From: Diadema antillarum
Lineage: Eukaryota
Assembly (NCBI RefSeq): GCF_040938485.1
Contig: NW_027270954.1
Coordinates: 806,001 to 870,000 of the forward strand
DNA: 64,000 nt
Reading direction: 5' to 3'
This document shows, in pieces, positions 37,185-52,200 of the stretch. The notes below the pieces were generated by a model, which saw nothing but the letters and a program-made list of their open reading frames with translations, was not told where the DNA came from and did no database searches. The translations under genes were made by a program, and so were the position numbers. Position 1 is the stretch's first letter, and each line of letters opens with the position of its first letter.

Positions 37185-40100
37185 TTACTGTGAAGCAGAC
37201 TCATCGGCAACATTTACAAGGTTCGAAACACCACCTGGTCTTTCGTTATACTCCACAAGTGTAACATTCTTCGTCTCCTTCTCAGCTTTTCCTGTCTTCG
37301 AAGTAGAAGACAGGTCATCGCTCCCTCTCCTGGAGAAACTGGGAGATTATGTTGAGTGAGAAATTTGAATCAGTATACCTTTCTTTCGCATTAGTAAAAC
37401 ACGAATAAGCACACGGGTGTCAAGATTAAGTGAGGTTTCAAACTACTCATTGGTGTCAAAAAGCTATGAAGAATTTTATGATTTGTAGGCCTACTGTAAT
37501 GTAAATACGTTTGCTAATCTTGTACTTCTGGCATAACGAAGGTCTTTTTTAAAACACGTGATGCATGCAATACATGCTGATTATATCTTCTTCTTCTTCT
37601 TCTTCTTTTGTTGCGATGACTCCAAAGAAATGACACTATAAGAGAGATATATCACGGGATTCCTCTCATGTATGGGGCAATCCCGACGAAACATGAAATG
37701 AACGTGAGACATATTTTCACTCTTCGTACGTGTTTTCAGTAACAACTAACAACTCGAAAAGTGTTCAATTACTCATAGAATGAAAAAAGAAAGACACAAA
37801 TAAATGCTCATGAACTACGTGACAGTCTTCAAAGATGTGATCCTGCCTCAGATTGAACTGCATAACAAAAACAAGCAAATCTCAAATATGGAGTTGCAGG
37901 AAATGAGATGGACGGATCTATTACATACCTCGTGTTCGTTATGTTGTCCAACAGCAGCAGCTCAAGTTCGCTCACTCTCTTCCTGGCTTTACCTTCCGTC
38001 GGCACGAGGTCATAGTTTCCTCTCCTTGAAGAAACGGGGGGGGGGGGGGTCAGCCATGTACATGAAAAATCACAAAGGTGTAGAAATAAGGAGAGACTAC
38101 ACATTTCTCGTAGATGTTAAAAAACTAAGATGTATGCTTGTTGTATTATTTATATACATTGATCTTGACATTTGTGCGAAGGCCATGACAATTAAGTTTG
38201 CTGATAGTTTTGCAGTGAATTAAAAAAATATATCAAAATGACTAATTTGTCATTGAAATTGTCACGTGTATGACTGCATAGACCAAACAGGTATCATAGA
38301 ACTATCCTAGGTAATAATGTCAGTAATACGTACATAATGACGTAAGTTCTCGTGTTTTTGCAACACTCATATCAGAAAGCCATTGATTTTGTGTGACTAA
38401 ATGCAATCTCATGAATACTTCGTTTTTACATACCTTGATTTTTTCCTTCTGTTAACCACCACGATACTGACAACGATAATGGAGGCAAGTACGGCCACGA
38501 CCGGTATGATGACGATGATGGTTAACTGATCCGAATCAGGAGAAGAGCTAGGGGTGGAGTAGTGTGAAGAGTCTGCAGAGATTGGGGTGATGGGGCGGGA
38601 GGGGGAGTAGAATCCAGATTAGATCATGGGATATTTACACCGCTTACAGAACACATAGGGTTTTAATGGCAGAGGTAAAGGAAAGTCGGTAACAACAACC
38701 AAAAAAAAAAAAAACTACTTAAAGCACATTAATGTTAATCCACAAGATATTTCTTTTTTAATTTTTACTCTTTAACATAGCATGATTCCAAGGCATAATT
38801 CCGGTAAATCGGAAATAATTAGATGATCAAATAAGAAGCAAAATAAGACCCACGTATCTCTACATGATTTAGATAAATAAGCAGATTTTTTTTTTTTTTT
38901 TTAAATGAAACAAAACTTTTTCATTTGAAGGTACATGTAGTATGAAACATTAATGAATCCCCTAATGAAGTGGACCCCAGGCTAAGGAAGACTTTTGTTT
39001 ATCTGATTCTATCACGATCATGTGCGATTATGTACGATTATTCTAGGGGGGGGGAAAGGTCTTTAAAAGTCAATTCAATTTAATCTAACTTATTTTCATA
39101 TCATTCTCCATAATGCAACAGAATCGAATTGAATATAATGTCATAATAGAATATACAAATAAAACACTGACTAAATTGAACAATCAACGGTTATTTAAAA
39201 AAAAAAAACATTCAAGAAATCGTTGGAAAATGCAAGAGAAATATGAAGGGACCGACATAAAAGCAACCTTGTCGAGCGTAGGTCCCGGTAAAATTAGTGG
39301 CTCTTGAAAATGATACAGAGCACGGATGAAATGTGTGACCAAACTTACGGGAAAATAATGATGATCACACAGGGATAGAAAATTACAATACATCATCAAC
39401 CAAAACATAATTTTCATTGTTATTATTATTTTCATATGCCCAAACCAACGGGAAATATACCTAGGGATGGGTCAATGACTTCATCACTCCAGCTAATTCG
39501 TACGTATATCATGTGTATTGTGCGGCTTCGATCAAGATTGCACTATTTGGTGAAAACAATAAATATATGTGAACCTGAATAGGCATTTCCTTGTTTTGAT
39601 CTTTAATCGTAAGTCCTTTGATGAAACTTCAACCATTATTATTGTTTATCATATTTCATTTTATATAACAAAGTTAACTTGTACATGCTGTAGAATAGAG
39701 TTGTAAATTATCATTGTAAATAAATCTTAATAAAGACCATGAATGGGTAACGTCCACGCGGGGATAGGAGTTTTGTTGTTGTTTTTGGTTTTGTTTTTAG
39801 CGACGGCAGCTTTCCAATTGATACAATTGGGATGGGAAATGGGAAATGATTTCGTTTCTGAAATGTTGCAAGTACAAAACAATGTTTTATTTTTCCGGAT
39901 GATAAACTGCAATAGTACAACATTGTACGAATACTGCCGTAAGGAAATTTTATAACTTTGAACACTCACATTGTCGTATTCTTTACCATGCTTATTTTGA
40001 CTGTTTATCACAGTGAACTTGTTTATCACAGTGAACTTTACCAAATCTTCAGGTACTAGCACTACTTTCTCTGCTACAGAAATTGCTAATATTTATACTC

Positions 40101-40244
40101 TTCTCCGGTACTTCTACATTAAACATTTCTGCCTTCCTTATGCTATATAATATACTACTGCGGTTACCATTTCTCTAATACTACTATACTGCTAAAACTC
40201 CTAATTCTACTTCTGCTACCATACTATTACTGCAACTACCACTT

Positions 40245-40281
<37 letters not shown>

Positions 40282-43200
40282 CAGTGACTACTGCTGCTAC
40301 TACTACAACTACATCTACTATAACTATACTACTACTACTACTACTACTACTACTGCTATTACTATCAGCATTTCACTTCAACGAGAATGAACTAAAATCA
40401 AGCCTGTCATGTATCTTGGGATTCATTAATTGTATTAACCTTGACAGTCCATGGAATTCTGCGAGCCTTCAGTCAGGGTCACGTGACCGGGCGGACAAGC
40501 AATACACTCTTCTTCTTGGTGAAGCAGTCTGTCCTGGTAGGTGTGGAGCGGACACGCCTGGCAGGATGGGCGGGGAGAGTCCGTGGGATGTAGGTACATT
40601 CCTTGACTGCACGCAACTAAATGATTACGAAATAAACACATTAAAGCATTATCATCAAAAAGCCATGAACGATTGATCTGTTAATGCTGTTTGTGTGCTG
40701 TTGGTAATATGTTGCTGCCAAGTCGTCTGTCCTGCGTTTTAAAGAGTCATACGATTGATTTTGCAAGCAGCTTTCTGGTTACTCTTACGAGCTCTATAGA
40801 TGTAGGTCTCAGCTGTCCCTATTATAAAACGACACGAGAGTAAAATTGACTTTAGAACTTGTTTTTGGTTTACATAATGTGTTCAATAAAAAACAGAGTC
40901 CAGTAGAAACGATCACCTAAGCGTCATGTTGTCTATGTTGATACGTATTTCATTCTGATCGATACGTCTGTCTATAATAGGATTGTACTGCACAAGTTTT
41001 TTTTTGTTTTTTTGTTTTTTTTTTAGGGGGGGGGGATCAAAATTATATTCTTTCATGGGGAAGTGTATCGGACAATAGTGAGATTTTTATGAGAGCGCAT
41101 GAGGCAAGCTTCTTTGCATGCTTTGAGAGCTTAAAGTAGCTGTGATGCAGGCAAATAAATTCAACTATCGAAAATGCCTTTATTTGTGTTTTACTTATCT
41201 TTCAACTGATTTTGTCATTGTCTCATGGTTAGAAAGAACTTCATTGTTCATACCCGAGTGTCTTTTAAGCTCAGGGAAACAAGAAACAAATGAAAGAAAT
41301 AAAAATCTGCATATCACCAACGATGATAAATCTAAACTCAATAATGATTAAAAAACAACAAAAAAAATCTTAATTGCTGGTTTTTTTTACGCTGTTTAAA
41401 CTATGAATTATTGATTACAATACTTTACATTCCAATAAAGAATACGAAAGGCAAATAGCTAAACTCGCGTTTCCCAAAGGGGTTGACAACTACAAAAATA
41501 AAGTACTAAGTCTTCAGTTCGCAATCCGCAGTCTGTAGTCCTCTTTATGCCATCTTGAATCACGAGAGTATGAGTCGATTTGGTTTATACCATCTACATA
41601 CGACTTCAGTCTGAAAATCAATACAATAAGCTCTAATAGATGAAATGGTCAGATCAACAAAACACAAAAGTGAAGTAACATGGCTCACCAACACAGTCTG
41701 TGACGTCTTCCGAACCAGATTGAAGAGTGACGTAACCCTCAGGACAACCAGTACAACGCGCTTGCCCCGTCTCGTTCTGGTACGTGTTCCTAGGACAGGG
41801 TCGGCAAGGTGCAGCGCCCTCTACCGTCGGATTCTTTATGTCATGATACATTCCCTCGGGGCAAGACACTTTTTGGTTAAAAACAAAAGAGACCAAAAAG
41901 AAAGAGAGAGAGAGAGAGAGCCTTTAAATCATAAGCAGATACATGTCCCTTAGTTAGCATAGTTCCGTCATGTTCCAGAAAATGTAAAAAATTTACACGA
42001 CTTGAATTTGTACCGGAAAACCTTATTATTCAATATGTAGCTGCAGCATATGAACGTATTCGTGGTTTTCACTACAATGTATTTTCTCCTTCTACTTACT
42101 ATCATTTGTCCCTTTTCGTTTCATTCTTTCTCATGTCACCGCCATTATTGTCATCATCATTATTATGCCTTTATCGTCATGACTATTGTGACCACTAATC
42201 TAATTATCTTTACTACTGGTGATATACACGCTTGTTTACATGATTTAAAGCGTGGTATTATTATTCTAGCATACCTTTAGAAAGATTTGTAGGTTATAAT
42301 GAAAATAAGGATATACACGATTAAGAGTTATGAAATACTCGTACTAATACAATCGGATGACTTTGTGGACGAGAAATCGATGGTAATCGTGCCGTCTGGG
42401 CAGGGAGAACATTCCGTCTGACCCTCTTCATCCTGATAAGAGTTTGGTAGGCAAGGAACACAGTAACTCCGCGTCTCATTCAGCACATACTGGAACGTTC
42501 CAACGGGGCACAGAGCTGAGAGAGAGAAAAATACACACACACATACACTGAATAAAGCAATAAAGAGTATTTCCTGAAGGCGACATGTTGAACTCTTTTT
42601 TAATTAATATCAGCAAAATTATTGCCTATAGAATCACAGGAATAATTCAGGCTCAATAGTATGAGATAGCAAGCTGAATAATTTGTAATAGTAATGAAAA
42701 TACCAGTAAAGCAATGACACGTGATAAAATAAGATTTCAATTGAGGGAATGCAGGATGAAGATATCGGTATGTGAAAAGTTTGTCAATATTTATGAATTT
42801 CATTTTGTTTTAGTAATTAAATTGATCATGAATTCTATAAGGCAGTGCTAGGTGTGTAGGAAGATTGGTTTTCTCACTGTTGATAAGAACGGGGTACGTA
42901 GACCAGACTGGCATCATTCATGTTAAGCTGATGTCAGTATATCTATGAAAAAGTCTATATCGTATGTATATACAGTACTAGCTTTTACTTAAGACACTCA
43001 ATCCCTTGTAAAGTGTAGTTACATATGACTTGATTGTACACTTGGTACTGTGTAAGAAATAGGACACAATTTAATGCAACAATTAAAATCTTGGAGGCAA
43101 CTTAAAAACTTCTACTATTGTCGGTAAACATGTGCGTAGGAAGTCTCAAGCACGGTATATCGACACAATGCCAAAGATGTTTATACAATGCAGTTTCAGC

Positions 43201-46200
43201 GAGATATTTACAGCAGCCCCCAGCAGCGGTCTCGCCGAAGCCCTCGGGGCAGACGAGCTTGACTCGTCCCGTGACGGTGTCTGGATCAGTGGTAATTTGT
43301 CGCCCATCGATTGTCAGTGTCAACGATCCGTTAGCCATGAGTGTGAGAAGAGTTGAGCGCATTCTGTCGTATGTCTGGACACCTGATGATAGAAATTACA
43401 GAGCAGTCTAAACAAGGGAGCAGCTTGCTGTCATTTCTGAATAAATCGATCGAAGTATTGTGTACAATGAAAACAAAAACCGGTGACATACTATAACACA
43501 CCGTTCTCCGAAAAACATTCATTCTAAATTCTACTTTGATACCATGCGACTTTTTTATTGCATTTCCCAGGAAGCGTACTGCCCACCCCACATTACAATC
43601 AGTGAGAAAGAATTGAAGGCAGTCCAACAGTTCACCTACCTGGGGTGTACCATCTCCTCTGACGCAAAAATCAACAAAGAAGTAGACAATAGACTGGCAA
43701 AGGCTAACAGTGCTTTTGGCAGACTCCGCAGACGTGTCTGCAAAAACAAGCACCTGAAGAAAGCCACAAAGATCAGTGTATACAGAGCTGTGGTACTTAC
43801 CACCATCCTGTATGGCTTTGACTCCTGGGTCACTTACAGACACACACCACCTACGACTCCTGGAGCGTTTCCACCAACGGTGTCTGCGCTCTATCATCAA
43901 CATCCACTGGAGCGACTAGATCACAAACGTAGAAGTGCTTCAACAAGCAGGGATCACCAGTGTCGAGGCCATGCTGTTGAAAACGCAGTTGCGATGGGCA
44001 GGGCACGTCACGAGAATGGAGGATCACCGCCTACCCAAGATCACTCTCTATGGTGAACTCTCCACTGGGCACCGTAACAGAGGAGCACCAAAGAAGAGGT
44101 ACAAAGACTCTCTGAAAAAATCCCTATCTACTTGCAACATCGACCATCGACAATGGTCAGCCCTTGCCGCTGACCGTGGGGCCTGGCGACACGCACGTCA
44201 CCAATCATTCTCCTCCTTTGAGAACAACCGTAGGGCTACTCTCGAAGAAAAGCGAAGTAGGAGGAAGAATCGTGTTGCCATAGCTCAAAACCCGGATTCG
44301 CCATTTCCCTGCAGCCGCTGTGGCCGAGTGTGCCTGTCACGAATTGGCCTCGTCAGCCACCAGCGAGCCTGCGCCAGACGTGGACGTCAATGCCACTAAA
44401 TCTTCGTTCACGAAGCAAAGCCAAGAGAGATTCTGCATTTATCACGTTGGTTCAACTACGCAGTGGAAAAGAATATGTTATTCACACTGTAATTAGTTTA
44501 TCTAATTGATTAATTGATAAACCCTAGTCAAAGAAAAAGGGGGCAGCTTGGTATAATTTCTCAATCAATCGATCAATCTTTTGCGTATAATACAAGCATT
44601 GTGAATCACACACCATTCTCCGAAAATTATTGATACGAAATTCTACTTCGATAGTTTGCGACTTTTTTTTATACCATTATGTGTTATACAGTATATATAT
44701 ACATAAATACATGTACATATTACAAAATTCTGGAAGATAATCTTTACCCATACCAGATTCCCCGGATGTTGACGAGAAATTTTTCTTGGCGACGACAGAA
44801 ATCTTGACGGGTTCATCTACCACTGCTCGTTTTCTGCGATTGACACAGTTGCTTATCTAATGAGTGTGTGGGAGAGAGAGAGAGGGGGGGGGGGGAGATA
44901 GAAAAAGGAGATATTGAGAGAAAGAAAACGAATAGGGAATAGATTAATTAAACTTGATGAATGTCGGTTCAGCCTCAGCTGTTCCGAAAGCACATTTGAA
45001 TGTATATCTGTTTCTGAATGTACCGTGTGTTTTTGTTTTCTTACACCGACAAGTTTGAACTCAAAAAGCTACGATCATAATCATTCTGAAGAAAACTATC
45101 GTACTTTGAATAGAACAAGGAGACAAACATAGACAAACATAAACAATAAAAGATAGGGCACACAATACTACATATATACATACAGTCATGCATGTAACAA
45201 TACTATATCCATATATCTACCAGCTGCACATAATACATATACTTGTATACATTCAACGTTTAATTACATAAATATTTTGTTAGTGTGTACATAGGCTATA
45301 TGCACAAGACAAAATCAAGAATTAAACATGATAGGTATAACATTTATGGAAAGGTGTTTTGCTTTTACCTCTATATCTTCAATTTTACAGTCCAAATCCA
45401 GGTCACAGCTGAGAAGGTGCGACACATTGCGGAGGGTGGATGTGAAAGTCTGCTGTAGTTGGTCCCTTGAGGCATCCGAGGAACACGAGGCGTCGGGGTA
45501 GTTGAAAACAATTGATGCTTCCAGAGAGTTCGGAGACTCGATCTCTGCACGAGTTTCAAACACAACACAAAGTAAACTTGAGGTACAGCACTTGTTGAAA
45601 ATGGAAAATATCATACACTTAACAGCTTAAGAGGACCCGAGATCTCCGAGTGTTTAGAACTGTTGCGTTGGTGCGACACTTCCGTGACACTTCAGTCATA
45701 CTTTTGTCAGGTATATACTTTGGTCATACCCCTGTCACACTTCGGTTATACTTCGGTCATCACGTATACTTCGATAATACCTCTATCATACTTCGGTTAT
45801 ACTTCGGTCATCACGTATACTTCGATAATACCTCTATCACACTTCAGTCATACTTGCGGCAAACCTACACGACATTTCAGAGGGGTGCTTTTGTAGTTTT
45901 GTACGATATAGTTGTAGTTGCTATTACAATGTAGTTGCGTCGCTGTGAAATTTGTGTAGATATATAAACACAGTCTGTGGCACAGTGGTATGACTTCAGC
46001 CTCGCATCTCCGGGCAAACGCGGCAAATCGCGTACCCCCCCCCCCCCCCCCCCCCCCCATGGATGAACAATATTCTTGTCATGTTTGTGCATGGGAAAAA
46101 ACTTGAAATCATTCCCGAGTTATGACCTCTCCTCTCGAAGATGAATTGTATCCATGTGGAGCATGACATTTCACACTGTTTCAGTGTCACAATGACTTAA

Positions 46201-49200
46201 TCACACCATTCCATACGTCTCTTACTAATTACAGAGCATTTCAAATATACATACCTCTGAGAATATGAACCATTAGATTGTGTACGTAGGCCTACAGGTA
46301 AGTATGATTATGAATTGTTTAATTATACAGTAATAAATGGAAAAATAAATATTAGTCAGAGTTGCTCAGTTCTCATTTGCTTTTTATACAGTACACCTCT
46401 CCAACTTTTTCTGTTTCTCTTTTTTTTTTCCCCATCCCTTCTTCTGCATAACATTGACATACCTCATTATCCACATTTTACGCAAGTAATCAAAAAATCT
46501 TTCTTCTCTGTTTATAGTATATCAAAGGTCTCAAATTGTAGTTACGCTTACTGGAAAATCTATTTGGCATTCATTATGTTTTACCAGTTCTATCAATGTC
46601 GATTGCTTTACCTTATGTAACAACGGTATTGTATCAATATAATCGTGATATGCAACCTACTACGATTCATGCATTGGCTTTGAAATAATACTAATACTAT
46701 AACTACCACTACTACTACTACTACTACTGCTGCTGCTAATACTAGTACTGTTTCTCACAACGTACTCCTGCAAGCCGGCAGGGTGCCAAGACGGTTGAAG
46801 AGACTCTGGTGACTCCAGACAAAGTTGGTGGCGGGGCCGCATGTGTAGAAGGGTTGAACAGGCCCAGTAAAGTCGTGGTCTGAATCGACGCACCGAATCG
46901 TACAGTTGTGTGTATCCTTATTCTTGATGCAGTGAACGCTGCCTTTAACAGGGGCAATCAGAGGCGCACATCCTGTTTGGTGAGTTAAGATATAGATAGT
47001 TGGTAATTATCATCATTAAGTATTATACTTCGGAGAAGACCGTAACAAAAAAACAAAACAAAAAAACGAGTGATAGGGAAATACACAAAGGAATATTTCC
47101 TTTTTGATCGTTGTTCATCAACAATTACGAACAAATAATCAGCGTAATCTCATAACATGCGTAGAAAGTATACAAGTTCAGGGCGTTGAGACAGCCGTCA
47201 AAATATACACATATACCATATGTATACGTGGTTGTGTGTCTCTTTATATCATGCCTGAGTTTATCTAAGGCGTTTTATATAAAGAGAACCAATCACTTTA
47301 CCTGGACATTCATTGATATTGCATTCCTCAACGGAGATGTTTGATCCTGAACATGGCCTGCCGAACTCGTTTGGTGGAGGGTTGATACACTCCCTGCTCC
47401 TCTGACGCATCCCTCCCCCACAGCTTGCCGAACAAACTCCCCACGTTGACCAGTTTCCCCAATCACCGTGCACTGCATGCCGCAAAAGATCAATTTAAGT
47501 AGAACTCAGCAAAAAATTACATAACAACCTCAAGTGGAATGATTGCAATAGGCTCGTCTGATTTACCGTAAGTAAAACTCAGCCCTTAATTACAGTCAGT
47601 TGATTATAAACGTGAGATTGCACTTGGAATGCTTATATTTATGCACTCAATTATATATAGCGCACTATTCTGCTCGATCGACATCAGCGGTATGTTTCAA
47701 ATCTATGTACTAAAGCATGACATAATTTTCATACTCGGACCGGAACAGAATCCAACTGACAATCTCAACAAACTGTAAGATATGAAATCTACCTATGGGG
47801 ATTTCACAGAAGTCACCGATGAAGTCTTCATAACAAGAACAGACGACCGAGCCATTGACTGTGGAGCACGTCCCGCCATTTTGACAGGAATGGTCATCGC
47901 AAAGATCAGCTTGAGTCTCGCAGAGTGAACCGTTAAAACCCCGTGGGCAGACGCACTGGTAGGCATGGAGTTTGTCAAGACAGGTTCCTCCATTCAGGCA
48001 GGGCGAGGACAGGCAATCATCTATACCTAAATAAACATATAAATCATCGTAATTCTAACATTATATTGGATTATGTACTATGAATTGATCAAGGAGCAAG
48101 TAGTGTACGAAAATCTTAATACGTGTATTTTTTTTTTTGAGTTCCACCATTACCACGTATTTTTGCATGTACTTTCTGTACAATTGTGAAGGATTCACAA
48201 CTTGTATGTGAGATAACGTTCACTGTTCTGCGTTGTTTGAAGTTAACGAAACCTCCATTAGTGATCTTCAAACGTGATATCAAGTCAATTATTGTGGGAG
48301 TTTAGAAATTACTTCATGACACTATGTTATAAAGGTTGAGGTCAGTTGCTGGGAGGATTCGGTGTAATAATGTCAGAGGTAAAAATGTCAGAGGTAAAAA
48401 TGTCAGAAGTAAAAATGTCAGAAGTAAAAATGTCAGAGGTAAAAATGTCAGAGGTAATAATGTCAGAGGTAAAAATGTCAGAGGTTAAAATGTCAGAAGT
48501 AAAAATGTCAGAAGTAAAAATGTCAGAGGTAAAAATGTCAGAGGTAATAATGTCAGAGGTAAAAATGTCAGAAGTAAAAATGTCAGAAGTAAAAATGTCA
48601 GAAGGAAAAATGTCAGAGGTGAAAATGTCAGAAGTAAAAATGAGAGATGTCTGACAAGTTTACTTCTGACATTTTTACCTCTGACATTTTTACCTGGCAC
48701 CGCTGGGAGCAGGATACAGCGTCCAAAAAATTCAATTTACTAATACGGTATACACAATAAAAACAGAAAATAAAACAATGCAGGTGAAATATAATATGTG
48801 TTCGTCACTTTCATTGATTTTACCCAACATGAAGAGGACAAAACATAAAGGGAGGGCGCCCTCTCTCTCCCAAGATTGCCTGCCTTACCATCACACTGTG
48901 ACGGTGCGTAGAATACATCTTGGTTGGCTTCATCTGTGGCCAAATCGGGCCAGGAAAGGACGTTGCCGAACACACCTGCATGACATTTCGTCTGGACTCT
49001 GGCCAACAACGAATCATCTACCAAGCCACTCCACACGTTGAAGCCTGATATCTGAATGGTCTCTTTTAGTAATTGTACAAATTGGATGTAGATATGAAAG
49101 AGCAAAATAAAGGTCTTAGTGACATCACAGATTTTGGATTATTTCTTAACAAGAATAAGATAGGAACAAGTTTGCGCCGTCTCATCATGTGGTCTCACCA

Positions 49201-52200
49201 CATTGAAGCGTGCGCCTACACACACCACGCCGTGTTTGACCTGTGTTTATTCTGAGTAATGCATTAACAACGTTTTCGGTGAGTTGTTCTGGAATAGTGT
49301 CAACTGTTAATTAAATTTCTAAATGCGTAATGTTGTGAGCCGCTTCTCACTTGCAAAAAGGATCCATCGCTTTCAAGTCGAATCAACTGCTAAATCTTCC
49401 AGTTGTGTCCAGTCGATTCCAACTGGCATTAAAGGGCCCAGTTTGGTCCAATCGTTTCTACTAGAATCAACTGGTATGTTTCAGTATGCCAGTTTATATC
49501 ATTGCTTTCAAGTGAAATCAACAGGTAAATCTGCCAGGTGTGCCCGGTGGTTTCCAACTGGCATTAGTCACCTAGTTTGTCTAATTTAATCCATTGGTTT
49601 CAACTGGAATTGACTAGTATATTTTAGAGCGTGCAAATTTATTCCATGGGTTTCAACTGGAATGAACTGGTCCATCACGTGAACCAGTAACTTCCAGTTG
49701 AAACCAGTTTAACAAACTGGCACAAACACCAGTTGGGTCAAATAGATTCAGCTGGGAGCAACAGATTCCATTTGATACCAGTTGAAAATCCCACTGGTTT
49801 CAACTGTTGTTGGCTTTTTTTTCGACCTGGGGAAATAAGGCATTATTTGAGCGAATGTACTAATCTGTCGCGAGTCATTCTTTCTGGTGTCTTTTGATGG
49901 TTCTCGAGCTATCTCATTGGCTTGAGACCGTAGAGAAAATCTCATCATGATCGCTTGTGTCGAAGACTTTCGGAGACATTGAACTTAAGTAAATGTGGTC
50001 TACATTCAATACTCCGCCAACTGAACTATGTTTAGTTGAATCAGTTGCAAAAACTCTTCACACTTCATATTTTGGCCTTTCAGCTTTGACATTCACTGAA
50101 TCTTAACAGGATTCACCACAGTAAAACTGCTCTGTCATCATTCATTGTCTATCAGTGCCGATTATATTTCATTTATTATTTCTGGTTTCATAACAAAATT
50201 GCAGGCATTCAAAATCGTCCTTGACAACAGACCATCAGGAGTGCGACCCCACCTTCTAAAATCAATAGCCCAATCCTAATGATCCCTATAATATGTGTAG
50301 CTTTCAATTTTCAATTTCTATTAAATTGAATCTTTTGTGTTGGCATCGACTTTGGCTGGTGATCACTGGTATTTGGCTTTGAAATCCACGATGTAATCTC
50401 ACCATCTTGATACTGCCATAAGAAATCATAATAAGACAAAGTTTAAAGGAATCGTCTCAAGTGGTTTTCAGGTTCAAATTAAAGGTGTGTTTTTTGTGTG
50501 TGGTGTTGTTGTCCTTTTTCATTTCATAGTTGGGTTTTAAGCATTCACCATGTCCCTGGTACCTGAACGTCGGTACAGAAACGAAACTATGGAGAAAAAC
50601 GTACATACGATGTGAGTGAACAGGATGATCTGATGATTGGAAATGAAGAGACCAACAGATAGACGTCTAACATGTCTAAACATTCAAGAATAAATCAAAA
50701 GGACATCACTAGGATGATACTATACGAAGCGGCACAAACTAAACACAAGAATAATCCTGACATTGAAGTATTATCTTTGTATTGGGGGACATGGGAAAAC
50801 TCCACAGACAGCATACCGTCAATGCTCAAACTTTCGGCTCCAATGGTGAAAGCCAAAGGCTCGTTGAAATCATATCCCGTAGTTCCGAGACCCGTGGAGC
50901 TGATAGCAAGAAGTCTATCAATGTACAGAACCCATTCCCCTGACATGTCATACTGTAATACGAGGGAATGCCATCGGTTGTCGCACAAAGTTGGTGATTC
51001 GCCTTCATCAATGTACCTGGTAACATGAACGCAAGACAAATAAACAAGTATTTACATTTGACTGCCAAAGCAAATTAGATAATGATATGTTAATCAAACT
51101 TTCTTCACTGAATATTTACATGTATGTCGAATGACGTATGAAAATCAAAGGTAAGTTAACGTGTGGTAAGATCAATTAATCAACCAACTTTCGGATGTTA
51201 TTGTCATAATTCATGACTGCAGATACTTGTGAAGGTTGATATTCTTGTCCTCTGAACAAAAACGACAAGACGATGTCTTACAAAGTACCGCTAAAAGAGC
51301 GACAGCTCTCTTACAAAGCGATACATGCATTGCTATAAAGTTTACTGGAAACAAAAGAAATACATGTATGACCTATAGCGAGAAGACGAAATAATGATTA
51401 TTTGACTTACGTCGATTCAGAGATAGTCATCTCACAGTTGCCATTCAAACTGAAGGCAAGATTGACGGGAGCTATCGAGAATATCCTCATTATCCGGTAG
51501 TTTGAGACATTTATATGAATCCAGAAAGCGATGGTGAAATTAGTTGCTCCGAGAGATCCAGTTGTCATATGATCAATAAATGATCTACGATTGCCCATGC
51601 GAATGTCATAGTTTGAAGGAATCTCTGTGGATCGGAATATTGACAAGTTGCATAAAACAGCATGAGGACGGTATTTCTTCAAGTATCACAGAACACACAA
51701 TGCAAAAGAGATTCACGTCTCTCTGTCAAACACCTACGTTATTACAAATCATACCGTACTGTAGCATATAACGTCATGAGAACGATTTATTTTTTTAGCA
51801 TATTGTTCCTTTACAGGTAACAAAAGCGTGACACTAAAAGATTGTCTTACGTTTTTCTCCTAGGAAATCAAAAGGTTCCGAGGAAATCATACTCTTCGGC
51901 TTGTTTGTTTCAAGTCGAACATCATCTATACGTGGATTTCAGTCGGGTTGCGAAAAAAAAATCCAGTGGGAGAAAAGCTCGTCTACAAACGCGTTTCATA
52001 CTCGCCAATGACATACCTCCTGTAAGTTTACTGAGAAGCTATCACTTAAAATCGAAAACGGGTACATCTTGCATACCTCTCTCGCAGCTGTCTCCCGTAT
52101 ATCCCGGGGGACACACGCATGTGAACTGTCGGAAGCCGTCCACACACGTGGCGTTGTTCAGACATGGATTTGGCAGGCAAGTAGCTATCTCTTCTTCACA

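Noticed and set aside
40284-40676. 130-aa ORF with poly-T/poly-L
   Set aside because: (CTA)n microsatellite plus the antisense of a GCC exon.
43331-43903. 190-aa minus-strand ORF
   Set aside because: Antisense shadow of the LINE reading frame.
48346-48654. ORF of (MSEVK)n repeats
   Set aside because: Translation of a stop-free 15-bp DNA repeat inside an intron on the opposite strand; there is no splice or promoter support.
48360-48700. CRISPR-like array
   Set aside because: The units are contiguous with no unique spacers, there are no cas genes, and the context is eukaryotic.
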